Shown: piece after piece, positions 1 to 9,561 of the stretch | Layout of the letters: each line of letters starts with the position of its first letter | Position numbering within the stretch: position 1 is the first letter of the stretch | Source of the DNA: Actinomycetota bacterium | Lineage (GTDB): Bacteria; Actinomycetota; Thermoleophilia; Gaiellales; Gaiellaceae | Reading direction: 5' to 3' | NCBI GenBank assembly: GCA_900299235.1 | Contig: OMIZ01000160.1 | Coordinates: 79 to 64,078 of the forward strand | DNA: 64,000 nt | Translations under genes and position numbers: made by a program | The notes under the pieces: model-generated | The model's database searches: none | The model's input: the letters and a program-made list of their open reading frames with translations, nothing else | Told to the model about the DNA's origin: nothing

Positions 1-1406
1 GCTTCCTCGCGTTCGTCGCCGCACTGTCGGGACTCGACTCCGGGTCGGTCGTCAAGCACGAGGCGGCGGTGCTGATGCCGCTCGCGTGCGCCGTCGTGTG
101 GGAGGCGGCGTATCGGCTTTTCGGTTCGCGGTCGATGGCGTGGGCGGTATTGCTCGGTCAGCTTGGCGCGTTGCTCTTTGCCGCTGGACACGGTGGATCG
201 TTCGTGCTGCTCGCGTTGCCCGCGACGACGTCTCGCGTGCTACTCGCCCCGATCGCGCTCGCGCTTGTGTTCGGATGGCTTGAAACTCGGCAGCGCGGCT
301 ACCTCGTGGGGGTCGCCGCGATCTTCGGTGAGTTAGCGCTGATCCACCCGACCTACGCGCTCTTTGTGCTGCTCCCGCTTGGCGGATATGCGCTCCTGCG
401 GCCACGTGAGTGGCGCGTGAACCTCGCGTTCTTTAGCGTTGCGCTCGTTCCGGTTGCTCTTGCACTCGCGTGGATCAAGCCCATCGTTGACGAGACGCTC
501 TCGCACAACCCCGGCCCGGCTGAGCGATTGGCCGAGCTCCTGCGTTACGGCAACCAACTTCAGGTGTGGAACGATCACCACTATCGGCTCGGCCCTGGGA
601 CGATCACGCGTGCAGGCGCGGTGGTCGTGTTCGGCATGGTGTTGATCCCGCTTGCGGGTGCTGCAGTTCGTCGGCGGTGGGGCGCCTTCGTCCTCGGTGC
701 GTCGCTTGCGATCCTCGCCGTCGTACTGATCCCGGAGCTCTTCCCGCGGTTTGCCGACGTTGTGTCGTTGTCGCAGGCCCGTCGCGTTGCTGGGTTCATC
801 CCGATCCCGTTCGCATTCGCGGGTGGACTTGCCGTGCTGTGTGGACTCACGCGGGCGACAGTGCCGGCCGCATTCTTCACGGGGATCGGTCTTCAGATCG
901 CCTATCCGGGCGACTTCAACTACGTCCTCGCCCATCCCGGCCCTGCGGTCGTCACGTGGTGGGCGGCAATCGGTGGAGCCGGTGCCGTCGCAGCGGGCTT
1001 CCTCGTTCGGCGCCATCGCCCATTTGTTGAGCGACGCTGGTCGGGCGGCCTGGCGGCAGCGCTCTTCGTCCTGCCGGTCGCAGTGGCAGGGTTCATCCAT
1101 TGGAGTCCGTTCCAGACGACCGACCCAAATGCGCTCTCGCCAGCACTGGTCTCAGCCCTTCGGCAGTTGCCGCCGCAGGCCGTCGTGATCGCCGATGTCG
1201 AGACGAGCTACCGCATCGCCGCGCTTCGCCCGGTGTACGTCGTTGCGGCACCACCCGTGCATGTCGCGAACACCCGGGCAAATAATCCGTACGGGCGATT
1301 TCGCGACGTCCAGCACTGGCTTGCGACAGGCGACCCCGCTGTACCGACGCGGTACGGTGCCACCTGGGCTGTGCGTGGCTCGCGCCTCTATCGTCTGACC
1401 TCATGA
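1..1406 (+). CDS. Polytopic membrane protein, 5'-partial (ORF open to left window edge, codon frame of pos. 3); GT-C-like glycan-locus membrane protein
   Basis: There is no stop between pos. 3 and 1406 in this frame, so the listed ORF 69..1406 is only the GTG-initiated part. Many hydrophobic spans are present (VLLGQLGALLFAAG, FFSVALVPVALALAWI, VVVFGMVLIPLAGAA, LAILAVVLIPELF), followed by a soluble tail of about 110 aa. The stop overlaps the next start (ATGA at 1403). Confidence 0.6.
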   Translation, partial: FLAFVAALSGLDSGSVVKHEAAVLMPLACAVVWEAAYRLFGSRSMAWAVLLGQLGALLFAAGHGGSFVLLALPATTSRVLLAPIALALVFGWLETRQRGYLVGVAAIFGELALIHPTYALFVLLPLGGYALLRPREWRVNLAFFSVALVPVALALAWIKPIVDETLSHNPGPAERLAELLRYGNQLQVWNDHHYRLGPGTITRAGAVVVFGMVLIPLAGAAVRRRWGAFVLGASLAILAVVLIPELFPRFADVVSLSQARRVAGFIPIPFAFAGGLAVLCGLTRATVPAAFFTGIGLQIAYPGDFNYVLAHPGPAVVTWWAAIGGAGAVAAGFLVRRHRPFVERRWSGGLAAALFVLPVAVAGFIHWSPFQTTDPNALSPALVSALRQLPPQAVVIADVETSYRIAALRPVYVVAAPPVHVANTRANNPYGRFRDVQHWLATGDPAVPTRYGATWAVRGSRLYRLTS

Positions 1407-2656
1407 AGGCACTGATCGTCTCCCTCTACTTCCCGCCAGCAGGCGGCGGGGGGACGGCGCGACCGCTGAAGATGGCGACGCACCTGCCGGAGCTTGGGAT
1501 CGAGACGCACGTGCTCGCTCCGAGCGGGTTCAACTGGGTGCACAGTGACGAAGAGGCACTCGCCGCACCGACACTCGCGTGGGTACACCGGGCCCGCTAC
1601 ATCGGGCCGCGTGGGCGAAAGCCCGCGGAGGAGCTCCGAGGGACAACGGGGCTTGTGCGGTATCGCAAGCAGGCAGAGCTCTTTGGTCGTCGATTGCTTG
1701 TGCCTGACGAGGCGGTTTCGTGGAACATGACCGCCCTTCCGGCAGCGATTCGGATCGTGAAGCGCGAGGGCATCGACGTTGTTCTCACCACGTCACCTCC
1801 AGGGTCGGTGCACTTGATCGGCGCAGGTGTCAAGCGCGCGACGGGTATCCCATGGGTTGCCGATCTCCGAGACCCGCTCACGGGACACACGCATCGGAAC
1901 GTCGAGAAATTGCTCGTTCGGGCGAAAGAGAAGGGGTCGGCGGGTGTCGCCGAGATCGTCGGGCGCTACGCCGACGCAGTCGTCTCGGTGTCGGCGGCGA
2001 TCACCGAAGAGACGATCGCGCGTGGGGTTCGCGGCGAGGTCGCCGAGATTCCGAACGGCTGTGACTTCGATGACTTTGCGGGGCTTGAGTATCGCCGTGG
2101 CGAGACGTTTCGCATCACGCACGCAGGCTCATTCTTCGGCAAACGCGACCCGAAGCCATTCCTTGAGGCGCTCGCGCGCGTCGAAGGGGTGAGCGCTCGC
2201 TTCGTTGGCGACTTCCGCGGCGCCGACCTTGAGTACGCGCAGAGACTCAACCTCGGTGATCGGTTTGAGGTGATCCCGTACGTGCCGCGTCGGGAGTCGC
2301 TGCGGCTGCAGCGAGACTCCGAGGCGTTGCTGCTGCTCATCGCCGAGTCGGGGGGCCGTGGGCGCGCTGTGCTTTCGGGGAAGGTGTTCGAGTACCTCGC
2401 GGCGGAGCGGCCGATTCTCGCGGTCGTGCCGCCCGACGGTGCTGCGGCGGAGCTGATCCGCGACGCTGGCGCAGGCGTGGTTGTCGCGACCGACGACGTT
2501 GACGGGATTGCGCGCGAACTCATGGCAATGCGCGACCGCTGGCGCGCGGGTGAGCTCGACGGGCCGCCGCTCTCGGATGAGTGGCGCTCCAAGCTCTCGC
2601 GTCGAACGCGGATGCAGGAGCTCGCCGACCTCCTCCATCGAGTGAGCGGCGCATGA
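1403..2656 (+). CDS. Glycosyltransferase, GT4/GT-B family
   Basis: N-terminus MKALIVSLYFPPAGGGGTARPLKMA is typical of GT4. The C-terminal half carries an EX7E-like region (SGKVFEYLAAERPILAV). ATGA coupling is seen at both ends (1403, 2653). Confidence 0.8.
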   Translation: MKALIVSLYFPPAGGGGTARPLKMATHLPELGIETHVLAPSGFNWVHSDEEALAAPTLAWVHRARYIGPRGRKPAEELRGTTGLVRYRKQAELFGRRLLVPDEAVSWNMTALPAAIRIVKREGIDVVLTTSPPGSVHLIGAGVKRATGIPWVADLRDPLTGHTHRNVEKLLVRAKEKGSAGVAEIVGRYADAVVSVSAAITEETIARGVRGEVAEIPNGCDFDDFAGLEYRRGETFRITHAGSFFGKRDPKPFLEALARVEGVSARFVGDFRGADLEYAQRLNLGDRFEVIPYVPRRESLRLQRDSEALLLLIAESGGRGRAVLSGKVFEYLAAERPILAVVPPDGAAAELIRDAGAGVVVATDDVDGIARELMAMRDRWRAGELDGPPLSDEWRSKLSRRTRMQELADLLHRVSGA

Positions 2657-3966
2657 AGCGACTGACGAGCCGACTGTTCTTCGCCACGCTCTTCTGCTGC
2701 ACGTTCGAGAAGGTGCACTGGAATGTTGCGGGCACGGTGTCGCTCGCCGACCTCCTTGCGATCTGCTTCCTGACCGCCTTCCTGCTCGGTTCGCGGGCGC
2801 GCGTTCCTCGTACGACTCAGGTGCTGATCGGCTTCCTGACGCTGTTTCTCGTACTCGACCTGATCGGTTTCTACGACCTCCAGACGGCAATGGATCTGCA
2901 GCAGTACACGAAGGGACTCGTGAAGTGGCTCATCCACTTCGGGTTCCTTGTTGGTGCGGTGACTTGGCTCTACCGTCGTGGGCGCGACTACTACTGGAAG
3001 GCGTTTGCCGTGTTCACCCTGGGCGTGATCGCAAATGCCGCCTTCGGGATCCTCGAGCTACTGGCCGCCCGCGCCGGCACGAACCTCGATGCGTACACGG
3101 TGTCGCCACTTACCGGTGGAGCGAGCCAGATCAACGTCTACGGAGCCGTCGAGGGGCAGTCGGTGTTCCGCCCGAACGCGCTCACGGGCGACCCGAACCA
3201 CCTCGGGATCATGATCATCGTCCCGCTGCTCGTGCTCGCCCCGCTCTACCTGCGCCTCGAGCGGAACCACCGACTACGCCGCCACCTCGGCCTCGCGATC
3301 GGCTTTCTGATCATCGTCGAGCTCCTTACCCTCTCGCGCAGCGGCATTCTCGGGCTTGCCGTGGGGACGCTCGTGCTCGCTGTTCCCTATCGCCACTACC
3401 TTCGGTCGAAGACCCTGCTCTATCCACTCGGCGGAGCCTTCGCGGTGCTCGCGGTGGCTGTCGCATCGCAGTACCACTACTTCGAGGTGGTGTTCAAGTC
3501 CCGCGTGCAGACCGGCGGTGGCTCCGAGAACGCGCACTTTGCTGTGTACAGCTTCATCCCGGCCGTGCTCCACTCCCATCCGCTTTTCGGGCTCGGGTTC
3601 AACACCTTCTCGGTCTACTACGGCTTCATCACCGGCAAGACAAACTGGGGTCCGCACTCCTACTACGTCGCGTTGATCGTCGAGACCGGACTTGTCGGAA
3701 CCGCGGCCTTCGGCATGTTCCTCGTGTGGATCTTCGCTCGGCTGCGAGGGGCGCGGCTGCTCGGGAAGGCGCTCGCGGCGGCTCGTGATCCCCTCGCCGC
3801 GCGGGTCTCGCCACTTGCCTGGGGCTACACGGCGGCGCTGCTCGGGACGATGGCGTCGAATGCCTTCTACCTCACGATGCAGTTCTATTACTTCTACGTC
3901 TTCCTGGCGCTCGCCCTCGCGATGGCGCCGATCTTCAGTTCCGCCGCGAGTCGCACGAAGTCTTGA
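2653..3966 (+). CDS. O-antigen ligase/polymerase-like (Wzy_C-type) polytopic membrane protein
   Basis: ATG at 2653 overlaps the upstream TGA (ATGA); the longer 2581 start lies inside the previous gene. The protein has about 10-12 TM spans. The Wzy_C-like core reads LTLSRSGILGLAVGTLVL followed by a large loop, and the tail reads HSYYVALIVETGLVG. Confidence 0.7.
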   Translation: MKRLTSRLFFATLFCCTFEKVHWNVAGTVSLADLLAICFLTAFLLGSRARVPRTTQVLIGFLTLFLVLDLIGFYDLQTAMDLQQYTKGLVKWLIHFGFLVGAVTWLYRRGRDYYWKAFAVFTLGVIANAAFGILELLAARAGTNLDAYTVSPLTGGASQINVYGAVEGQSVFRPNALTGDPNHLGIMIIVPLLVLAPLYLRLERNHRLRRHLGLAIGFLIIVELLTLSRSGILGLAVGTLVLAVPYRHYLRSKTLLYPLGGAFAVLAVAVASQYHYFEVVFKSRVQTGGGSENAHFAVYSFIPAVLHSHPLFGLGFNTFSVYYGFITGKTNWGPHSYYVALIVETGLVGTAAFGMFLVWIFARLRGARLLGKALAAARDPLAARVSPLAWGYTAALLGTMASNAFYLTMQFYYFYVFLALALAMAPIFSSAASRTKS

Positions 3967-3968
3967 CG

Positions 3969-4967
3969 ATGCGGATCTGTGTGCTCACCACGTCGTACCC
4001 GCGGGATGCGGACGACGTCGCTGGCGTGTTCGTTGCCGATACCGTGGCGGCGTTGCGCGCGGGAGGTCACGAGGTCGAGGTCGTGTCGCCGGCGACCTTT
4101 CGGCACTTCGGCATTGCGTACGGCGACGGCATCGTTCAGAACCTTCGCCGACGACCGCTACTGATCCTTGCCGTCCCACTGTTCGTGTTCAACTTCGCGC
4201 GAGCCGCCCGGCGAGCGGCGCGCGGTGCCGACGTCGTGCATGCCCACTGGCTGCCGTCGGTGATCCCAGCGCTCGCGACGGGTCGCCCGCTCGTCGTCCA
4301 GGTCTGGGGGACAGACCTCGCGCTCGCACGCCGTGCGCGGCCGATCGCACGCATGCTCCTTCGACGCGCCCGCATCGTGATTGCGGCGTCGACCTTTCTC
4401 GCCGAGGCGGCACGAGAGTTTGGTGCGCGAGAGGTCGCCGTCGTTCCGACCGGGGTGTCGATCCCGGAGGCAGTGGGTGACCCTGTCGATCCACCGCACG
4501 TCCTCTTCGTCGGGCGTCTCTCATCGGAGAAGGGGATCGAGGATTTCCTCGCTGCCACCGAAGGGCTGCCGCGTGTTGTGGTTGGCGACGGGCCGCTCCG
4601 CCACCTCGTGCCCGAGAGCGTGGGATTCGTCCCGCCGCGTGAACTCGGGCCCTACTTTGAGCGGGCGGCGGTCGTGTGTGTTCCTTCACGTCGCGAGGGG
4701 TACGGGATGGTCGCGCGCGAAGCCCTGGCCTACGGGCGACCTCTCGTGACCACAGGTGTTGACGGGCTCGCCGACCTTGTTGGGCATGGAACGGCCACCT
4801 TCATCCCTGGTGACGTCGTCGGACTCCGGTCGGTGATCGCCGACCTCCTCGCGAATCCAGACAGCCGCTCTGAACGTGGTTCCGCCGGCCGCACCTATGC
4901 GATCGAGCACCTCTCGCGGAGTGCGGAGGTCGAGCGGCTCGTCGCCGCGTATCGTCGCGCCCTCTAG
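3969..4967 (+). CDS. Glycosyltransferase, GT4 family
   Basis: MRICVLTTSYPRDADDVAGVFV is a GT4 N-terminus. The C-terminal motif is PSRREGYGMVAREALAYGRPLV. An alternative TTG start at 3963 would overlap the upstream TGA (TTGA). Confidence 0.8.
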   Translation: MRICVLTTSYPRDADDVAGVFVADTVAALRAGGHEVEVVSPATFRHFGIAYGDGIVQNLRRRPLLILAVPLFVFNFARAARRAARGADVVHAHWLPSVIPALATGRPLVVQVWGTDLALARRARPIARMLLRRARIVIAASTFLAEAAREFGAREVAVVPTGVSIPEAVGDPVDPPHVLFVGRLSSEKGIEDFLAATEGLPRVVVGDGPLRHLVPESVGFVPPRELGPYFERAAVVCVPSRREGYGMVAREALAYGRPLVTTGVDGLADLVGHGTATFIPGDVVGLRSVIADLLANPDSRSERGSAGRTYAIEHLSRSAEVERLVAAYRRAL

Positions 4968-5680
4968 CCGCGGCGCGCGACGGCCCATACCGAGAGCCCA
5001 AAGGGCAATCGAAGGGCGTCGAGGAGGCGAAAGACGGGAACGAAGCGGTCGTACAGCGCCAGCGGCCCGTCGGGAACCTGTGGCTTCCGGAGCACCTTGC
5101 CGGCAACGAACCACCCGAGCACACCCACGGGGTTGACGTATCTGATCTCGACGGGCTCGTAGCCCGCCGTAACAAGGGCGTGCGCGAGCGAGCGCTTCGT
5201 ATAGCGTCGGAAGTGCTGGTCGGTACGGTCTATCGACCCAAAAAGTGCTGGGTGAGCAGGAACGATCAGCGCGAGGTGCGCTCCGGGGGTGAGCGCGTGG
5301 TGCACACCCCTGAGTGCCTTCACATCATCCTCGATGTGCTCGATCACGTTGAAGCAGATCGCCGAGTCGGCGCAATCTGCCGGAAGCATGGAGGGGATCT
5401 CTTCGAGCACGACCTCGGTGACAGCGATCTCCGGGTGGCGCTCGCGGAGGAGCGCGGCGATCGGCGGGTCAGGCTCAACGGCGATTACCTCGTGGCCGAT
5501 TGATCGGGCGATCGTGGCGAAGGTGCCGATACCTGCTCCCGCGTCCAGAATGCGACGGCCAAGGTATCGCTCCGCTCGGGAGAACAGCCAGCGGTTGTAA
5601 TTTCCGGCGCCAGCCATCGCACCGATGCCATGGTCGACCTCTGGGAGAGTCGATCGGTCGATGCCAGGGTCGACGCTCAC
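4964..5680 (-). CDS. Class I SAM-dependent methyltransferase
   Basis: Motif I is ILDAGAGIGTFA; the post-I/II region reads AICFNVIEHIEDD..LTPGAHLALIVP. The start is uncertain: GTG 5680 is chosen, with alternatives ATG 5617 and TTG 5782 (the last would overlap the divergent gene at 5728). The stop shares CTAG with the convergent gene. Confidence 0.75.
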   Translation of the reverse strand: MSVDPGIDRSTLPEVDHGIGAMAGAGNYNRWLFSRAERYLGRRILDAGAGIGTFATIARSIGHEVIAVEPDPPIAALLRERHPEIAVTEVVLEEIPSMLPADCADSAICFNVIEHIEDDVKALRGVHHALTPGAHLALIVPAHPALFGSIDRTDQHFRRYTKRSLAHALVTAGYEPVEIRYVNPVGVLGWFVAGKVLRKPQVPDGPLALYDRFVPVFRLLDALRLPFGLSVWAVARRG

Positions 5681-5727
5681 GCGGTCGATGATAGAGAGCC
5701 AAACGACGGTAGGGATACGATCGCGTC

Positions 5728-7518
5728 GTGCACATTCTTGCTGCGCTCGCGGTGCTCGCGGCCCCGTACGGCGTCGGCGCAACGATCCTTGTTGCGGCCC
5801 ATCGCTCTCCGGGGACAGTGCTTGACCACGTTCGCGCCTACGCGATCGGATATGCCGTCTTGGAACTCAGCGCATTCGCGATTGGGTGGGCGGGATGGTT
5901 TTCGAGAAGCGCGCTCAGTGGAATCACGCTTGGAGCGACGATGCTCGCCTTCCCGACGGTCCTTCGCGTTGCGCGCTCGGCTGGGTCATGGGTTCGCACG
6001 CTCGGGCGACGCGAGCTTCCCCTCGTCGGTGTCGCCGCGGTCGTTGGCTACAACGGACTGCTCGCATCCGCGCCACCCACATCGGGCGACGCGATCAGCT
6101 ACCACCTGACCGCACCAAAGCTGTGGCTCCAGGCGGGAAAGCTCTTCCCGATCTGGTGGGACTGGACGACCTTTCAGCCGTTCGCGACTGAGATGCACTA
6201 CGCGTATGCCGAGGCGCTGTCGGGCGGGCGCGCCGCCATGATCGTGGGCGCAGGACTGTGCGGCTTCAGCGCAGTCTGCGTGTTCGGCATGGCGAGGGCG
6301 TTCGCTGGCCATACCGTCGGCGTGGTCGCCGTCGCAATCTGGGTGTTGCAAGGGATGTTCGCGTGGGAGGCGACAGGGGGTTTCGTCGACGCGCTTGTTG
6401 GCGGCTTCGTTGCGCTTGCGCTGTGGGAGCTCCTGCTCTTCGCTCGGTCGCGAATGGTTGGCGATGGGGCAACGGTTGGTCTAGCCGTCGGACTCGCGGG
6501 GAGCACCAAGTACCTAGGCCTCCTGTTCGTGCCTCCGGCACTCGTCGCGGTTTCGGTGCTCGCACGGCGCGCCGACAGAGTGCGCGTACTCGTGCTCGCG
6601 ACTCTCGGCACGGCCGTCGTCGCACCATGGCTCGTTCGGACATACCACCTAACCGGTAACCCGGTGTATCCCCTGATCTTCGGTGGGCGGTACTGGACAC
6701 ACGCGGCGGCGGCGACGCAGGCGGCGGCCGACGCGAACTACGGCGTCGCGGGTTGGTGGCGGTTTCTGTTTTTCCCCGTCGAGTTCCTCACAGAGCATGC
6801 ACGGTTCGAGAAGGGGTACAGCTTTGGCCCGGCCTTGCTTGCCGCGCCCGCTGCGCTTGTGCTGCCACGACGGTCGGTGAGACTCCTCGCGCTCGGAGTG
6901 CTCGCGTACCTCGCGCTGTGGTTCGGGGGCATGCACCAGATCACGCGCTACCTGCTTCCGGTGCTGCCGGTGATCACGCTGCTCGCAGCGATGGGTTGGC
7001 TCGTGGCTACTGACTATGGCCGGCGCCGACGGCTGGCGATGATAGCGGTGAGCGTCTGCCTCATCCCGTGGCTCGCGATCACGGTCGTGTTCAGCCGACA
7101 ACTTCTCCCTGGCGCACTCGGTGTCGAGTCGACCCCGGCTTTCGTGCAGCGACTCACTGGCTCGTACGATGCCCTCCACTGGCTCGACACGCAGCTGCCG
7201 CCAGGTGGCCGCGTTGGCGTTGGAACTCAGGGTCTGTACTGGCTCGAGCGGCCGTACGTTCGGCTCAGCATCCCGCTCTTCGGGCCCGGCGAGAAGCCGC
7301 ACGAGATGGCGAAGCGACTGCACGCCTACGACGTGCGCTACTTCGCGGTCGTCGACGGGGTTCTGCCTCCGAGCCTCGCCTTCACGCGACCCGATCTTCG
7401 CCAACTCGCCGTGCTCCCATTCACGGATGTAACGAGCCGTGCGCTTGGCCATACGGTGGCAAAGCAGATGGTCGTGTACGCGTGGTGCGCCGCCACGCCC
7501 ACGCCTTGCGCCAGCTAG
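5728..7518 (+). CDS. GT-C-like polytopic membrane glycosyltransferase (ArnT/PMT-like architecture) with C-terminal soluble domain
   Basis: About 12 TM spans. The first extracytoplasmic loop carries an acidic/aromatic motif (PTSGDAISYHLTAPKLW). Repeated hydrophobic blocks are followed by a non-membrane tail of about 130 aa. Confidence 0.6.
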   Translation: MHILAALAVLAAPYGVGATILVAAHRSPGTVLDHVRAYAIGYAVLELSAFAIGWAGWFSRSALSGITLGATMLAFPTVLRVARSAGSWVRTLGRRELPLVGVAAVVGYNGLLASAPPTSGDAISYHLTAPKLWLQAGKLFPIWWDWTTFQPFATEMHYAYAEALSGGRAAMIVGAGLCGFSAVCVFGMARAFAGHTVGVVAVAIWVLQGMFAWEATGGFVDALVGGFVALALWELLLFARSRMVGDGATVGLAVGLAGSTKYLGLLFVPPALVAVSVLARRADRVRVLVLATLGTAVVAPWLVRTYHLTGNPVYPLIFGGRYWTHAAAATQAAADANYGVAGWWRFLFFPVEFLTEHARFEKGYSFGPALLAAPAALVLPRRSVRLLALGVLAYLALWFGGMHQITRYLLPVLPVITLLAAMGWLVATDYGRRRRLAMIAVSVCLIPWLAITVVFSRQLLPGALGVESTPAFVQRLTGSYDALHWLDTQLPPGGRVGVGTQGLYWLERPYVRLSIPLFGPGEKPHEMAKRLHAYDVRYFAVVDGVLPPSLAFTRPDLRQLAVLPFTDVTSRALGHTVAKQMVVYAWCAATPTPCAS

Positions 7519-9419
7519 CGGGTCGGTGGCGCAACGGGATCGTCGCGAAGGAACGCGCGGCACCACCACTCGAACGAGAGCAGCGACCAGATCAAAAGCC
7601 TGCAGTTTGCCTGCCCGGAGGTGTGTTGGTCGAGCACGTGAGCCACAAAGCGCGGATCGAGGTATTCGTAGACCGCCGCGTTCGGGTCACGCAGAAGACG
7701 GTTTAGGTAGTCGACGCTCTCGCCGCGAAACCAACTCGCATCAGGAGCGCTGAAGCCCTGCTTGGGGCGGCCCGAGACGCTTGGCGGCAAGACGGCACCC
7801 ATCGCCTGGCGCAGGATCGCCTTGCCCTCGCTCGACTGGCTCTCGTACAGCAGCTTCTTACCGGCCGTGTTCTCGTCGGGGCGCGGTGCGCTTGGAGAGG
7901 TTGGGGTCTTGAAGTGGGGTGGAATCGAAAGGGCAAGGTCAACAAGCTCGTTGTCCAGAAACGGCACGCGTGTCTCAAGCGAGTGCGCCATGCTGACCTT
8001 GTCCTCGACGAGCAACAGTCCGTGCAAGAAGGTCTTCAGCTCGAAGTACAACGAGGCTTCGACGCGTGCTTCGGGTGTTGTAAATGGACGCTCCCAGCCG
8101 TCGAAAACGCTCCGGAAGGCATCGAAGGGCGTCTCATCACCAAGCTCTGCACGGACATGCGGTGCAAACAGTGCCGGCTTATCGTCATCGTGGACGAGGC
8201 GCTGCCATGAGCTGTAGTAGCCGGCGAGGAAGTCGTCATTCGACGTGGCACCTGCCTCGCGGTAGTACCGCCAGGGGTAGCCCCCGAAGAGCTCGTCGCC
8301 TCCAGAGCCCGACAGGACGACCTTCACGAACTTGCTGGCAAGCCGCGCGACGTAGTAGTTCGGGTAGCACTGGCCTACACGAAGGTCCTCGAGATGCCAG
8401 ATGAGGTCAGGCATCACGTGCTCCATGTCGCCTGCATGCAGGACGACCTCGTAATGGTCGGTCTTGAGCGCGTTCGCAGTCGCCTCCGCATCGACGCGTT
8501 CGTCGAACGTGATCTCAAGGCCTGACGCGGACGACATGTCGAACCCAGCCGTGAACGTTGAGAGCCGGGGGAGATGGCGCGATGCGATCGACGCAATCGA
8601 ACTCGAGTCCATTCCGCCGCTCAAGTAGCTCCCGACGGGCACATCGCTCACTAGCTGCCGCGTGACACCTTCGCGGAAGGTCTCCGCGACGCGCACCGAA
8701 AGTTCGGCTTGTTCGGCAGCGGAGCCGTCCGAGGTGAATGAAAAGTCCCACCATCGTTCAACGCGCGGCTGTCGGCCCGACCGCGGCTCGACGATCAGCC
8801 GGGAGCCGGCGGGAAGAAGCCGAATACCCTCGAAGAGCGTGCGGTCGGTGAAGATGTTCTGGAATGTGAAGTACTCGCTTAGCGCCCCGACCGAAACCTT
8901 CCGAGCGACGAGCCGGCTCGCAAGGATCGCTTTGATCTCGGACGCAAACAGCACCGTTGCGCCATCTGTCCACCAGTAGAGCGGCTTGACGCCGTACCGA
9001 TCCCTGGCAACGACGACGCGCTGACGGCGTTGATCCCACACGGCGAAGGCGAACATGCCGTTGAACCGCTCGACACAGCTGTCACCCCAGGCGTCGTAGG
9101 CGTGCAAGACGACTTCGGTATCGCTCCGCGAGCGGAAACGGTGGCCCTGCCCTTCCAGGTGCCCTCGAAGGGCGGCGAAGTTGTAGATCTCGCCATTGTG
9201 GATGACGGTCGTCTCACCGCTGTCGGTGCTCATCGGCTGGCCGCCGGCGTTTGTCAGATCGAGGATTGCTAATCGTCGGTGGCCGAAGGCGACAGGCCCG
9301 TCTGCGTATGTCCCCTCGCCGTCGGGGCCTCGATGTGCAATCGCGTCGGCCATCCGCTTGGCCAGGGCTTCGTCTGCCGGACGGCCATCGAGATGAACGA
9401 TCCCTGCGATCCCACACAT
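7515..9419 (-). CDS. Asparagine synthase (glutamine-hydrolysing) family amidotransferase, AsnB-like
   Basis: The start is placed at MCGIAG so that Cys2 is the Ntn nucleophile (ATG at 9419). The Gn-AT II domain includes HRGPDG and RFNGMFAFAVWD. The PP-loop is YLSGGMDSSSIA. Confidence 0.9.
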   Translation of the reverse strand: MCGIAGIVHLDGRPADEALAKRMADAIAHRGPDGEGTYADGPVAFGHRRLAILDLTNAGGQPMSTDSGETTVIHNGEIYNFAALRGHLEGQGHRFRSRSDTEVVLHAYDAWGDSCVERFNGMFAFAVWDQRRQRVVVARDRYGVKPLYWWTDGATVLFASEIKAILASRLVARKVSVGALSEYFTFQNIFTDRTLFEGIRLLPAGSRLIVEPRSGRQPRVERWWDFSFTSDGSAAEQAELSVRVAETFREGVTRQLVSDVPVGSYLSGGMDSSSIASIASRHLPRLSTFTAGFDMSSASGLEITFDERVDAEATANALKTDHYEVVLHAGDMEHVMPDLIWHLEDLRVGQCYPNYYVARLASKFVKVVLSGSGGDELFGGYPWRYYREAGATSNDDFLAGYYSSWQRLVHDDDKPALFAPHVRAELGDETPFDAFRSVFDGWERPFTTPEARVEASLYFELKTFLHGLLLVEDKVSMAHSLETRVPFLDNELVDLALSIPPHFKTPTSPSAPRPDENTAGKKLLYESQSSEGKAILRQAMGAVLPPSVSGRPKQGFSAPDASWFRGESVDYLNRLLRDPNAAVYEYLDPRFVAHVLDQHTSGQANCRLLIWSLLSFEWWCRAFLRDDPVAPPTR

Positions 9420-9561
9420 CGCTACCCCCATCCCCGTTCGCGCCGTGGGCCGTCCCCCGATCGCGGTCGGACGACCGCCCGAAGGAGGGGGTGGGGCCGG
9501 TTCACGTCTCCGAGTATCGCTTACGAGGCGTCGTCCGCCGCGAGATACGCTGCGGAGTACG
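9420..9561. promoter_or_regulatory. Divergent intergenic region (asnB-like / GT operons); must hold two promoters
   Basis: This is a 142-nt non-coding gap between divergently oriented starts. It contains a purine tract GAAGGAGGGGG (9481-9491). I could not assign a -10/-35 with confidence. Confidence 0.3.

Noticed and set aside
1966-2937. 323-aa minus-strand ORF
   Set aside because: It is antisense to the GT4 and Wzy-like genes. It is Ser/Arg/Ala-rich low-complexity sequence.
6649-7569. 306-aa minus-strand ORF
   Set aside because: It is antisense to the 3' half of the GT-C-like membrane gene and overlaps the asnB-like 3' end. It has no motifs.
9445-9561. 39-codon N-terminal extension of the GT at 9562, and the strong purine tract GAAGGAGGGGG (9481-9491) as a ribosome-binding site for a small ORF
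   Set aside because: The extension peptide is Gly/Arg/Pro-rich. The GTG following the purine tract is only 2 nt away and in a different frame, giving a 39-aa Arg-rich peptide. ATG 9562, with GGAG 5 nt upstream, fits the GT N-terminus.
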